NCBI GenBank assembly: GCA_963765675.1
Contig: CAVXXK010000001.1
Location: forward strand, 736,001 to 800,000
DNA: 64,000 bases
DNA from: an uncultured delta proteobacterium
GTDB lineage: Bacteria > Desulfobacterota > Binatia > Binatales > Binataceae
Direction: 5' to 3'
Shown here: positions 32,148 through 42,726 of the stretch, piece after piece
Position numbering within the stretch: the stretch's first letter is position 1
Layout of the letters: every line of letters starts with the position of its first letter
Program-made: the position numbers and the translations under genes
Notes under the pieces: generated by a model
What the model saw: only the letters and a program-made list of their open reading frames with translations
The model's database searches: none
What the model was told of the DNA's origin: nothing

Positions 32148-35100
32148 CTACAACCTGAGCGACGCTAAAAGCGCCTTGGCATCTTTCAGATCCCTGGTAT
32201 CGAAGCCTTCGGTGAACCAGTTGTAAACCTCTGATAGTAGCTCGTGAGCTTCGCCGTTCTTGCCCTGGGCCTTCCGCAGACGAGTCAGGCTCATCGCTGC
32301 CCGCAGCTCCCAGGACTTGGCTTGCTGACGCCGAGCGATGTCAATCGCTTTGAGAAAGTCGGCCTCGGCTTCGGTCTGCGAGTTAGCAGTTGGGAGGCGC
32401 GGACCATTATTTTGAATCGCGCCGGACTCGATGAACGTGATTTCGCCGCGGAGCCGATGTAGCTCTGCCTCGTAGCATCGCTCTTCGGTTTTGGTCATCG
32501 CACCAAGAGCCGTATTCAGGGTGTCGAGGCCGACGCTACGGTCACCTGCCCTGCAAGCCGTCTCACTAACTAGCGCCAGGAGCCATGTGCGCCCAACCCT
32601 CGACCCTATTTCCTGGTACATCCGCACTCCCTGATTGGCCATCGTGAGCGCTTCCTCGGGTTTTTCTTGCCGTGCCCATCCCCTCATCAGCATTCCCACC
32701 GCTTCCCAGAACTGAAATCCCTGCTCCGCCGATAACACCCGCGCCCGTTCGGCGCGTTCGTCGGTCACTCCTACTTCGCCGCGAAGTTGATGGAGCATCG
32801 AAGTAAGTCCCAGCGCAAAGGCCTCATCATAGGGATGCGCAATTTCTCGCGCTCGAGCCACTGCCCTGTCACCATGCGCCCGAGCCTGATCAGGAAAGCC
32901 GCGCTGCCATAGAACAAAGGCCAGGTAGCAGAGGCAGCTAACCTCGGGATCTTGTCCATAGCGGATGCTGAGCGCCTGGTGCATCTTGGGCTCGTATAGT
33001 TCGAGACTCTGTGTGAGCTGCTGACTGGCCGACGTCAACTCGCCCATCCAGAACAGACTACAGCCCAGCGCCCAATGGGCCTCGATTAGCAAGACGGCAT
33101 CCTGTGAGCCGCGCGCGAGGTCCAGAAGCTGTTTGCCGATCTCACGAGATTTTTCCAGTTGCGCCTCGACCAGGTAGAACGACCAGAGGCCATACAGCAC
33201 TGAGAATCGCGTTGAATTGTCTTCCAGTTGGTCGCATAGGTCGAGCGCGCGCGTGTAGGCGTGCTCAAATTCGACCGCGGCGTAACCTCTGAGAGCCATT
33301 AGCGCGGGACCGAGGGCCAACTGAACGCCTAATTCCCGTTGGACGCGCTCTGGACTGTCCGGGAATTTCTTTATCAGTTCGATAGCCGCGGTAAGACGAA
33401 CGATCGCGTCAGCATAGGCCGAGCGCTGCAACGCCTGCTGCCCGGCGCGCTCCAGGTACTCCGCAGCCTTGGCGTCGTTATTGCTGCCGCTGTAATGATG
33501 CGCCAACTGTTCAAAATGGCGTTCGAGTTGTCCGGCGAACATCGCCTCGAGCGCTTCTCCGGCGCGCTCGTGCAGATGCTTGCGCCGCTCGATCAGGAGC
33601 GAGTTGTAAGCCACCTCCTGCGTCAAGGCATGCTTGAAGGTGTATTCAACGTCGCCGGGGGCCGGTTGCTCGTAGATGAACTCGGCCGTCTGTAAGTCGC
33701 CGAGCATATGTTCCAGCTCGTCATCGTTCATGGCGTCGACCATCCGCCTGACCAGAGATAAGCCGAAGTCCTTGCCAATCACGGCGAGCGTCTGAAGCAG
33801 CTCCTTCTCGCCCACGGGCAACCGGTCAATGCGCGCGGCCAGGATCGCGCGCACAGTCGGCGGGATCTTCAGCTCGCCCAGCGGCCGGTTGAGTCTGGTC
33901 ACCAAGCCTTCACGGACCAACGCGCCATCGTCGCACAGCACCTGCACCGTCTCCTCCATGAAGAACGGATTGCCGCCGGTCTTCTCGACGATCAGCCGCT
34001 TGAGCGGCGCCAGCGCCGCGCCGTCGCCGAGCAAGCCGGTTAACATCTCATCGGCGGATTCCATACCCAGCGGATCGAGGCGCAACTGCGTGTAATAGGT
34101 CTTGCTGCTCCAATCGTGCGAATACTCGGGTCGATAATTCGTCAGCAGCATGATCCTGGCGTTGCCGATCGAGTCGGCAAGGAGATTGAGTAACCCCTGC
34201 GTTTCCTCGTCGATCCAGTGCAGATCCTCGAAGATCAGCATCAAGGGCTGGTTGAGCGATTCGCGCACCAATATCCGCTTGATCGCATCGAGGGTGCGCC
34301 GCTTGCGCACCTGCGCGTCCATCCCCGCCAGCGGATCGTTTCCCTCTGCGATCCCGAGCAATCCCAGCAGATACGGCAAAGTATCCTCGAGCGCACGGTC
34401 GAGGACCGCAATCCGGCCCGAGACTTTTTCCCGCCGTTTACGAGGGTCGTCGCCTCCCTCGATATCGAAATAGCCAAGCAGCATCTGCATCACCGGCAGA
34501 TAAGCCGATGCCTTGCCATGTGAGACCGAGAAAGTTTCGAGGACCATCCATTCTGACTGATTCCTGGCCCTGAACTCGAAGAAGAGCCGCGACTTGCCGG
34601 TGCCCGCTTCGGCGACCGCCGCCACGATTTGCCCGCGTCCGGCCCGGGCCTGCTCGGCCGTATGTTTGAGTGCCTCCATATCGCGCTCGCGCCCGACGAA
34701 TTTAGTCAGCCCGCGGCTGGCCGAGCGTTGCAGCCGCGTACGCAGCGGCCCGAGTCCGGTGACTTCGTAAACGTTGACCGGTTCGTTGACGCCTTTGACC
34801 TTGGTCGGGCCGAGTGGATTGAGCGCGAAGTAGCCTTCGACCAATTTTCGCGTCTGCTCGCTGATTGCGATCGAACCGGTCGGCGCCAGCGCCTGCATCC
34901 GCGAGGCCAGATTGGTCGTGTGCCCAATTGGCGTGTATTCGGTGTGTCCATCGCCGGTTGCGATCGAACGAACGACAACCTCGCCCGTGTTTACGCCGAC
35001 GCGCGCTTCGATCGGCAGGTTCCCCGCTTCGCGCAATCTCGCCGAATAGCGGGTCAGCTCTTCCTGCATCCGGAGTGCGGCATACAACGCGCGCTGCGGA

Positions 35101-35558
35101 TGATCCTCGTGCGCGACGGGAGCACCGAACAGAGCGAAGATGCCGTCGCCGGTGCTCTGCACGACATAGCCGTCGTAACGACGCACCGCGTCGATCATCC
35201 GCTTCAGCGCCGGATCGATGATCGCGCGCGCTTCCTCAGGATCGAGGTCCTGCTCAAGCTCGGTCGAGCCTTTAATATCCGCGAACAGCGCGGTCACCGT
35301 CTTGCGTTCGCCCTCGATTGAGGACGCGTCGGCTTGTTCCTGCGCCTGGACGCGAATCCGGGGCACATCGCGCGGGAGCGCTGGTGGTCGCCCGGTGACA
35401 TCGCCTGCCGCGAGCGCGGCTCCGCAATCACCGCAGAATCGCTTCTCAACCGGATTGTCCACTCCGCATTTCGGACAGACATTTCCCAATGGCGCCCCGC
35501 AATCGCCGCAGAACTTCTTGTTTACTGGGTTATCACTCCGGCAATTCGAGCAGCGCAT
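32148..35558 (-). CDS. double zinc ribbon / class III nucleotide cyclase / STAND AAA ATPase / TPR protein (copy 1)
   Basis: CxxC ribbons, TALFADIKGS, GDG, NLASR, AGTGKS, FEDLHW, helical TPR-like C-terminus ending WFTEGFDT.DL. Confidence 0.92.
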   Translation of the reverse strand: MRCSNCRSDNPVNKKFCGDCGAPLGNVCPKCGVDNPVEKRFCGDCGAALAAGDVTGRPPALPRDVPRIRVQAQEQADASSIEGERKTVTALFADIKGSTELEQDLDPEEARAIIDPALKRMIDAVRRYDGYVVQSTGDGIFALFGAPVAHEDHPQRALYAALRMQEELTRYSARLREAGNLPIEARVGVNTGEVVVRSIATGDGHTEYTPIGHTTNLASRMQALAPTGSIAISEQTRKLVEGYFALNPLGPTKVKGVNEPVNVYEVTGLGPLRTRLQRSASRGLTKFVGRERDMEALKHTAEQARAGRGQIVAAVAEAGTGKSRLFFEFRARNQSEWMVLETFSVSHGKASAYLPVMQMLLGYFDIEGGDDPRKRREKVSGRIAVLDRALEDTLPYLLGLLGIAEGNDPLAGMDAQVRKRRTLDAIKRILVRESLNQPLMLIFEDLHWIDEETQGLLNLLADSIGNARIMLLTNYRPEYSHDWSSKTYYTQLRLDPLGMESADEMLTGLLGDGAALAPLKRLIVEKTGGNPFFMEETVQVLCDDGALVREGLVTRLNRPLGELKIPPTVRAILAARIDRLPVGEKELLQTLAVIGKDFGLSLVRRMVDAMNDDELEHMLGDLQTAEFIYEQPAPGDVEYTFKHALTQEVAYNSLLIERRKHLHERAGEALEAMFAGQLERHFEQLAHHYSGSNNDAKAAEYLERAGQQALQRSAYADAIVRLTAAIELIKKFPDSPERVQRELGVQLALGPALMALRGYAAVEFEHAYTRALDLCDQLEDNSTRFSVLYGLWSFYLVEAQLEKSREIGKQLLDLARGSQDAVLLIEAHWALGCSLFWMGELTSASQQLTQSLELYEPKMHQALSIRYGQDPEVSCLCYLAFVLWQRGFPDQARAHGDRAVARAREIAHPYDEAFALGLTSMLHQLRGEVGVTDERAERARVLSAEQGFQFWEAVGMLMRGWARQEKPEEALTMANQGVRMYQEIGSRVGRTWLLALVSETACRAGDRSVGLDTLNTALGAMTKTEERCYEAELHRLRGEITFIESGAIQNNGPRLPTANSQTEAEADFLKAIDIARRQQAKSWELRAAMSLTRLRKAQGKNGEAHELLSEVYNWFTEGFDTRDLKDAKALLASLRL

Positions 35559-35667
35559 GGATTCACCAAGAGAAGGGCGACAGGCTCCGCCCTTCTATCA
35601 TCAACCGGCGGGGAGGCTCCAGCGGGCTCTGCCCGCCAAGCCGTTCCGCGCGTGACGTGTAAGTAAG

Positions 35668-37267
35668 TTAATGCTCCGCGACGGGCAGGTTGCGGCGGTC
35701 GCGCTGGAGGAACAGGAACGTCGGCACCAGGATGATCATCAGGCCCGCCAGCATCCGGTAGATGTCGTTGAACGAGAGCATCATCGCCTGCCGCTGCAAC
35801 ATCCCGTAAATCATCGCCATCCCGCGATGCTGGCCCATCGCTAATTGATGCATCAGATCCATGCCTTGCGCGCCGGGCACCCGCAGATGCGGCAGCGTGA
35901 AAACCGAGACGTGCTCGACAAGGTAGCTTTGCCGGACCTGCTGGCGATGGATTAGCAGAGTCGTCAGATATGAGGTTCCAAGCGCTGCGCCCAGGTTGCG
36001 CGTGACGGCATACAGGCTCGCCGCGCGCTGCATCTTGAATTTCTCCATTGACGACAGCGCGGCCGCCGACAACCCCGGAAATATCAATCCAGTGCCCACA
36101 CCCTGGATCACCGTCGGCCATACGATTCGCGTGATATCGGATTGCAGGTTGAGTCCCGCCATCGACCACATCGCGAAGCCAACCAAAACGAACCCAATTC
36201 CGACCAGCGGACGGATATCGACTCCGCGTCGGGCCAACGCGCCCAGGATGATCATCGCGAACATCGTGCCGATTCCGCGCGGCGCCATCACCAGCCCCGC
36301 CTTCGAGGCGGTATATCCAAGGAGTTCCTGCAAGAAAACCGGATTCAAAATTGCGGTGCCATAGAGGGTGAAGGTCAGGAAGATCACCAGCGTGACCGGC
36401 AGCGTGAATCGCCGATCCTTCAGGATTCTCAGATCGACGACCGGATCTTCCGTGCGCAGCTCGTGATAGATGAACACGACCAGCGCGACGACGCAGGCGA
36501 TAGTCGAGTACACCACCCACGGACTCTGGAACCAGTCGGCGCGCTCACCGCGGTCGAGCACGATTTCGCCCAGACCCAGCGTGACGAACAGACAGAGGAT
36601 TCCCAGGAAATCGATTCGGCCAGTCCGGCGATTCTTCATGTACGCGGGGTCGTCGACGAAGCGCCAGACCATGAACGCGGCGGCGGTGCCGATCGGAACG
36701 TTGATATAGAAGTTCCAGCGCCAGCTCCACGCGTCGGTGATATAGCCGCCGACGGTGGGACCCATGATCGGCGCGACCATCATTCCGATTCCCCACACCG
36801 CCATCGCCAGCGCCTGCTCGCGCGGCGGAAAGGTCTCCATCAGGATCGCCTGCGACAGCGGCATCATCGCGGCGCCGGCCGCGCCCTGCGCGAGGCGGAA
36901 CAGGACGATCTGGTTGAGCGATTGCGCGACGCCGCACAGCGCCGACGCGACCACGAACATCGTGATCGAGATGACGAAGTAGCGCTTGCGGCCGAAGCGC
37001 TCGGCGATCCAGCCGGTCATTGGGATCATGATTCCGGCCGCAACCAGGTAGCTCGTTACGACCCACGCGATTTCGTCCACGCTGGCCGAAAAGCTGCCCT
37101 GCATGTGCGGCAGCGAGACGTTGACGATCGAGCTGTCGAGCACCTCGAGGATAGTGCCGAGCATGACCGAGACCGCGATAATCCATTTGCGCGCGCTCGA
37201 GAACTCGTGCGCTTCGGGCGTCTGCTGATCGATCGCGTCCGTTTGCGGTGTCTGGCGTAGCGCTCAT
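35668..37267 (-). CDS. DHA2 family MFS efflux permease (EmrB/QacA); apparent frameshift ~37253
   Basis: RKWIIAVSVMLGTILEVLDSSIVNVSLP, WVVTSYLVA, WRWNFYINVPIG; ATG 37267 is one base out of frame with the body. Confidence 0.88.
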
Positions 37268-37360
37268 GGGCCGATAGCTGGCGGTAAGCTACCTGAGACT
37301 CACGAGTTGTCGCAAAAGACTGCCGCGCGGGATGCAGTCAGCGTGCCCGATCGCAGCGGT

Positions 37361-37390
37361 TTGACTCGATGAAGCGCCCTAACGTATGTT
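37361..37390 (+). promoter_or_regulatory. putative sigma70 promoter
   Basis: TTGACT-18 nt-TATGTT. Confidence 0.4.
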
Positions 37391-37451
37391 AGGCGATAGC
37401 AGACGACGGCGCATCAAGCGCAGGCGCGCGTCCAGCAGAGGTCACCCGATC

Positions 37452-38528
37452 ATGTCTCATGAATCCAGGCTCTCCTTCAGCGAAGCGGAAATTCTTTCCA
37501 ATCCTCCGGTCAAAGAACGGCTGATCGTAAAGGGCGTGAAATGCCACGGCGGCTTCGATGCCGAGGGCAAGTACGTCTCGCCGCGAACGCTGTGGCGCGT
37601 GCCCGCAATCAAGGCGTGGCAGGAGCAACATCTGGCGACCTCGGGGATGCCGCTGGTCGAAATTCCCGCCGACACCGTTTCTCCGCGGCTGCCCAATGTC
37701 GCGCAGGCGAAATATCTTCTGCGCAACGGCGTGCGCGAGCCGATGATCCGATCGCTGACCGAGATTGCGATTATCGAGGGATTCGGCGCGCAGATCCGCG
37801 ACCTGCCGGTCCCTCCTCTTAAGAGCTTCATCAAGGAAAGCACCGAGGGCACCGCGCTGGCGCATCTAACCAGCGGCTTGTTCGAGGCGCACGCGCGCGA
37901 CGAAGCCGGATGGAGCGAAGAGGGCGGCCATCGCCAGATGTGGGAAGCGGCGCGCGACGCTGCGCTCTCGAATCCGGAGATTTCGCCTGAAATTTTCGCC
38001 GCGATTATCGCGCGCCGTACCGGTGAGCCTCCCGCGCTCTTTCCCGAGCTGGGCGCGCCGGTCGAGCGCCTGCTCCGCTTCATGGTAAACGTCCTCGCGA
38101 TAGAGGTCTTTGCCGCGTCGACTTTCCAATGGGCCGAGGAAATTCTCTCCGACCCCGAGGTCTCTGATGCGCCCGTAGCCGCAGCCGACCTGGTGCGCTT
38201 CATCCGCTCGGACGAATCGCCTCACGTCGAATATCTGCGCACGGCATTATCGGAAATCTCGGCGCGGACCCTGCTCACAGAAGACGGCAAGGAAATTCCG
38301 GGCAAACGCGCGGTCGACACGCTGATCGAGCGCTCGCTGCGCGCGATGCTGCGGCAGCGGATCGTCGATCAACCGCCGATGGTGCGCGAGATGATCCGGA
38401 AGACAGCGAAGGTGCGCGATATCGAAGAACTGTTCGCCGGCTTCGACGCTCTCGCGACGCCGTGGATACCTCCCGCACGCTACGCGGACCTCGCGCCTGT
38501 CGGGGCTGGAGCCGCGCAGGGCTATTAG
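37452..38528 (+). CDS. ferritin-like / diiron-carboxylate-like hypothetical protein
   Basis: Helical protein with IIEG, RDEAG...GH, IEVFA, SDESPH pattern. Confidence 0.65.
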   Translation: MSHESRLSFSEAEILSNPPVKERLIVKGVKCHGGFDAEGKYVSPRTLWRVPAIKAWQEQHLATSGMPLVEIPADTVSPRLPNVAQAKYLLRNGVREPMIRSLTEIAIIEGFGAQIRDLPVPPLKSFIKESTEGTALAHLTSGLFEAHARDEAGWSEEGGHRQMWEAARDAALSNPEISPEIFAAIIARRTGEPPALFPELGAPVERLLRFMVNVLAIEVFAASTFQWAEEILSDPEVSDAPVAAADLVRFIRSDESPHVEYLRTALSEISARTLLTEDGKEIPGKRAVDTLIERSLRAMLRQRIVDQPPMVREMIRKTAKVRDIEELFAGFDALATPWIPPARYADLAPVGAGAAQGY

Positions 38529-38534
38529 TGAAGA

Positions 38535-38684
38535 GCAGAAAAACACCAAGGCACTCAGCCACAAAGACACCAAGACACTAAGAAAAACAGGCGGGTCTTT
38601 CCTACGGGAAAGGCCCGCCTCTTCTTTGTGTCTTCGTGTCTTTGTGGCTGATTCTTTTTCCTTCGTGCCTTGGTGTTTCTCTGC
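38535..38684. repeat. nested palindromic intergenic repeat, copy 2
   Basis: Outer arms GCAGAAAAACACCAAGGCAC / GTGCCTTGGTGTTTCTCTGC; inner arms TCAGCCACAAAGACACCAAGACAC / GTGTCTTCGTGTCTTTGTGGCTGA; central AGGCGGGTCTTTCC..GGAAAGGCCCGCCT hairpin. Confidence 0.85.
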
Positions 38685-38692
38685 CGCTATGG

Positions 38693-39991
38693 CTACGGTT
38701 CGAGGCGTTCCATCATCCGGGGGAACGGGATGCATTCGCGGATGTGATGAATTCCGCAGAGCCATCCGGTCATCCGCTCGATTCCCATCCCGAAGCCCGC
38801 GTGCGGCACCGAGCCGTAGCGGCGCAAATCGAGGTACCATTCAAACGGCTCCAGTGGCAGTTCGTGCGCGAGAATCTTGCCCTTGAGCGTTTCGAAATCG
38901 TCTTCGCGCTGTCCGCCGCCGATAATCTCGCCGTGACCCTCGGGCGCAAGCATATCGACGCAGAGCGCGACTTCCGGTCGGGCTGGATCCTGTTTCATGT
39001 AGAACGCTTTGCACACGGTCGGGTAGCGATGCACCATCACGGGGCGATCGAACTCGCTCGACAGAAGCGTCTCTTCGTCGCCGCCAAAATCGTCGCCCCA
39101 GTTGACGCTCGCGCCCTTGGCTTTCAGGCGCTCGATCGCCTCGTCATAGGTGATTCGCGGATAAGGAGTTTTGGTCGAAGCTTCGAGCTGCGAGATATCG
39201 CGCTCGAGGGTCTTGAGCTCGGGAGCGCGGCGTTCGAGCACGCGGCGCACGATGTACGAGACGAAATCCTCGGCCAGCGCCATGTCGTCGTCCAAGTTGA
39301 AGTACGCGGCCTCCGGCTCGACCATCCAGAATTCCGTCAGATGCCGCCGCGTCTTGGACTTCTCCGCACGAAAAGTCGGGCCAAAGCAGTAGACCTTGCC
39401 GAGCGCGAGCGCGCCGGCTTCGGCATAGAGCTGTCCGCTCTGGGTCAGGTAGGCTTTGCGATCCTCAAAGTAATCGAGCTCGAAAAGATTGGTCGTGCCC
39501 TCGCACGAAGTCGGGGTCAGGATCGGCGCGTCGAACAGAACGAAGCCACGCTCGGCGAAGAAATCGCGGCACGCCTGCGCGACCTCGCTGCGGATTCGCA
39601 AAATCGCATGCTGCCGCGACGAACGAACCCAAAGATGGCGCTTGTCGAGCAGGAACGCGACGCCGTGCTCCTTGGGCGTGATCGGATAATCGGCCGACGG
39701 CGCGATTTGCCGCACGCTCACGACGGTCAGCTCAAAGCCACCGGGCGCGCGCTTGTCCTCGCGTACCGTGCCGGTCACTTCGAGCGAAGTCTCCTGCCCC
39801 ATGTGATCGGCGGCGGTGAAAGCTTCATCGCCGAGGTCGGCTTTCGAGGCGACGCACTGGCATAGCCCGGTCCCGTCGCGCACCAGAAGGAAATGGATTT
39901 TGCCGCTCGAGCGCTTGTTGTAGAGCCATCCGCGCAGCGTGACTTCTTCGCCGACGTGACGGGGCAGATCCTCGATATAGACCCACGACAT
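38693..39991 (-). CDS. asnS: asparagine--tRNA ligase
   Basis: OB fold, [57 protein letters not shown]. Confidence 0.95.
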   Translation of the reverse strand: MSWVYIEDLPRHVGEEVTLRGWLYNKRSSGKIHFLLVRDGTGLCQCVASKADLGDEAFTAADHMGQETSLEVTGTVREDKRAPGGFELTVVSVRQIAPSADYPITPKEHGVAFLLDKRHLWVRSSRQHAILRIRSEVAQACRDFFAERGFVLFDAPILTPTSCEGTTNLFELDYFEDRKAYLTQSGQLYAEAGALALGKVYCFGPTFRAEKSKTRRHLTEFWMVEPEAAYFNLDDDMALAEDFVSYIVRRVLERRAPELKTLERDISQLEASTKTPYPRITYDEAIERLKAKGASVNWGDDFGGDEETLLSSEFDRPVMVHRYPTVCKAFYMKQDPARPEVALCVDMLAPEGHGEIIGGGQREDDFETLKGKILAHELPLEPFEWYLDLRRYGSVPHAGFGMGIERMTGWLCGIHHIRECIPFPRMMERLEP

Positions 39992-40082
39992 GCGTCCTAT
40001 TTAAGCACATCAGGACGCGTCGCGGAGAAGCGCGCGCGCGTCGCAACCGGCGCTGCCTTCAGGTAGCCTCATCGCAACGCGG

Positions 40083-40670
40083 ATGAACGCATTCGACTTT
40101 GTGGTGATCGGCGTGGTGGTGGCGGGGGCGATTTACGGTCTGCGCCAGGGCTTGCTGCGGATGATCACCTCGGCAGTGGCGTTGCTCGCGGCGATCGTCG
40201 TCGCATCGGTCTACTACACGCGCGCCGGCGAGATCGCGCAGCACGAGTTCGGGGCCGGTGCGACGGCGGCCTCGATCATCGGATACGTGCTCGTGTTCAT
40301 CATAATTTTCTCGGCGATCGAGTTGGTCGGTACCACCGCGATTCGCTTGATCCAGGTGGTGCACCTGAGTTGGGCTGATCGGCTGGCTGGAAGCGTTCTG
40401 GGTGCGGCGCTGATCAGTGTCGTGATGGGGATCGCGGTGATGCTGCTGGCGGCGGTGCTGCCGGCGGACGCCTCAATCCTGCGCGATTCGAAGCTGGCGC
40501 CGATGCTGGTGGAGTACAACGACACGCTCGTGCGCTACATCCCGGACCAGGCCCGGCAGGCGTACGAGAACAATCGCGAGAATCTGATGCGTTACTGGAT
40601 CGCGGAGGCCGAAAAAACAGTGACGCACGCGGGAGCAAGTCCCGCGGCGTCACCGTCTGCTTCGAAATGA
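40083..40670 (+). CDS. cvpA: CvpA family membrane protein
   Basis: D.........GLRQGL, four TM helices, WADRLAGSVLG, SKLAP. Confidence 0.85.
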   Translation: MNAFDFVVIGVVVAGAIYGLRQGLLRMITSAVALLAAIVVASVYYTRAGEIAQHEFGAGATAASIIGYVLVFIIIFSAIELVGTTAIRLIQVVHLSWADRLAGSVLGAALISVVMGIAVMLLAAVLPADASILRDSKLAPMLVEYNDTLVRYIPDQARQAYENNRENLMRYWIAEAEKTVTHAGASPAASPSASK

Positions 40671-40687
40671 ATAATTGGCGGCGTGCG

Positions 40688-40764
40688 CCCTCACCCACGC
40701 GTCACGATGCTTGCGAAAAAACCGCAAGCATCGCGCCACGTCGCCCTCTCCCGGAGGGAGAGGG
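40688..40764. repeat. CCCTC-type REP-like element with inserted hairpin
   Basis: CCCTCACCC ... CGATGCTTGCG-loop-CGCAAGCATCG ... CCCTCTCCC-GGA-GGGAGAGGG between convergent genes. Confidence 0.65.
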
Positions 40765-40786
40765 TTTTGCGGTAGGTTCACAACTC

Positions 40787-41122
40787 TTAGGCCTCTAGCG
40801 CGTGATCGACCGCTTTTACCAGATGGGCGCGCGGAACCGCGCCGACGATCTGCTCCTTCACCTGTCCGCCCTTGATAATGATCAGGTTGGGAATTCCGCG
40901 GATTCCGTAGCGCGCCGGGACATCCTGGTTGTCGTCGACATTCATCTTGACGACCTTCAGGCGGCCTTCGTACTGAGTCGCGAGTTCGTCAACAATCGGC
41001 GCAATTGCCTTGCAGGGGCCGCACCACGGCGCCCAAAAATCTATCAGCACGGGAGTCGAGGATTTGAGGACTTCCTGCTCGAAATTACCGTCGGTAACAT
41101 GAACAATCTTGTCGCTGGACAT
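40787..41122 (-). CDS. trxA: thioredoxin
   Basis: DFWAPWCGPCK, IRGIP. Confidence 0.95.
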   Translation of the reverse strand: MSSDKIVHVTDGNFEQEVLKSSTPVLIDFWAPWCGPCKAIAPIVDELATQYEGRLKVVKMNVDDNQDVPARYGIRGIPNLIIIKGGQVKEQIVGAVPRAHLVKAVDHALEA

Positions 41123-41160
41123 TGAAAACACTCTCCTCGCCGAAGCGCGTTGCTAACCAG

Positions 41161-41189
41161 AACATAAGGACGCCGGATCGCGCAGTCAA
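41161..41189 (-). promoter_or_regulatory. putative sigma70 promoter of trxA
   Basis: TTGACT-17 nt-TATGTT on the minus strand. Confidence 0.55.
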
Positions 41190-41233
41190 GGAAGCCTCAC
41201 CGCAAACGCCCTCTTGCTTCGCGTGTCGGCTGC

Positions 41234-42235
41234 TTAACGCGGAGGAGCGGCCGAATGCTGCCGCGCGCTGCGATCGGTCATCAGCGCGGCGGCGGTTTTG
41301 AACGCGGCTTCGGTCTCGCGTATCAGGTCGGCGAAAACCTCTGCCGCAGGCTTGATCTCTTTGATCAGTCCCGCGCCCTGGCCGGTCGGCATGAAGGTGC
41401 GCTCGGGATCGGCTTCGCCGCGGCGGGTTCCGGTGTAGTTCATCACGCCGTTGCGCTGCGAGATCATCGATTGTTCGGGAAATGGCTTGATCTTCGACGG
41501 ATCGCGCTCCCATTCGAGCGCGTACGGCGTGCGAATCACGCGGCACGGCTTGCCGGTGTAGCATCGGGTGCGGATCGTGGTGTCCTCGTGCGCGTTCAGA
41601 ATCGCTTGCCGATAGACGTCTGCGGCCTGCGCCTCGGGCGTCGCGATAAAGCGCGTGCCGATAACCACGCCCTGCGCGCCGAGCGTCAATGCGGCCGCGA
41701 TCTGGCGTCCGTCGGCAATTCCACCCGCCGCGAGCACCGGCAATTTGATCGCGTCGATCATTTGCGGCACCAGCGACAGCATCCCGATCTCTCCCGTATG
41801 TCCGCCCGCCTCGGTGCCCTGCGCGACGACTACATCGACGCCCGCGGCTTGCGCCTTCTCGCCGTGATGAACTTTGCCGCACATCGCGACGACTTTCATC
41901 CCATGCTCGTGCATCGTCTTGATAAACTCGGTCGGCACTGCGAGGCCGGCGACGAAGATGCGAACCTTCTCTTCGATCAGCACCGGCATATGCGGGCGCA
42001 TCATGTCGGGAATCGGCGCGAGCAGATCGACGGCGAAGGGCTTGTCGGTAAGCTCGCGGGTCTTGCGGATTTCGGCGCGCATCTCGTCGGGCGTAAGCGA
42101 CGCCGCTCCGATCACGCCCAGGCCTCCGGCGTTGGAGACCGCCGCGACCAGCTTATGCATCGCCACGCCGCCCATTCCGGCCAGCAGAATCGGGTACTTG
42201 ATTCCGAAATAATCGCAAATCGGGGTTTCTAGCAT
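41234..42235 (-). CDS. nitronate monooxygenase / FabK-like flavoprotein (paralogue 2)
   Basis: PILLAGMGG, AVSNAGGLG, QGTEAGGHTG, AAGGIADGR. Confidence 0.9.
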   Translation of the reverse strand: MLETPICDYFGIKYPILLAGMGGVAMHKLVAAVSNAGGLGVIGAASLTPDEMRAEIRKTRELTDKPFAVDLLAPIPDMMRPHMPVLIEEKVRIFVAGLAVPTEFIKTMHEHGMKVVAMCGKVHHGEKAQAAGVDVVVAQGTEAGGHTGEIGMLSLVPQMIDAIKLPVLAAGGIADGRQIAAALTLGAQGVVIGTRFIATPEAQAADVYRQAILNAHEDTTIRTRCYTGKPCRVIRTPYALEWERDPSKIKPFPEQSMISQRNGVMNYTGTRRGEADPERTFMPTGQGAGLIKEIKPAAEVFADLIRETEAAFKTAAALMTDRSARQHSAAPPR

Positions 42236-42398
42236 CGCTCTATTACTCCTGGTGGTGAGCGGCGTAAGGGCTCGCTCCTGACCGACCCTATACTGTGGCG
42301 CGGCGCGATCAATCAAGCCAATCGAAGCCACGCGCGCAGCGGCGTCGAAAGGAAGTGGCGCGGAGCTTTGCCGCGATGGCATAATCGCGGTTTCGAGC

Positions 42399-42490
42399 GG
42401 AGAGGTGGCCGAGCCCGGTTTAAGGCGCACGCCTGGAACGCGTGTAAACTCGAAAGGGTTTCGGGGGTTCGAATCCCCCCCTCTCCGCCA
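42399..42490 (+). tRNA. tRNA-Ser(GGA)
   Basis: GGAGAGG/CCTCTCC acceptor stem + GCCA; anticodon arm CACGC-CTGGAAC-GCGTG; long variable arm; GGTTCGAATCC T-loop. Confidence 0.95.
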
Positions 42491-42667
42491 CCGAGGCCTA
42501 TCTCCCGCGACTCAACGAATCAAACCTGGGGTACTGGACGTGGCTTCGTTTCTCTACGCGGACAGTATTTTCGATCAACTCCCACTGCGAAATAAGAGTG
42601 TCGCCGAGGTTGATTATTCAGCGCATGCTCCTCATCGTTCAGTCGATCACGTCAATCCGTGGCGCAC

Positions 42668-42709
42668 GAATCAAAGCGGGAGCGGATTCGCCGCTCCCGC
42701 TTTGGATTC
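42668..42709. terminator. bidirectional intrinsic terminator
   Basis: AAAGCGGGAGCGG-ATTCG-CCGCTCCCGCTTT. Confidence 0.75.
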
Positions 42710-42726
42710 AGAATGGCCGTCCAATA

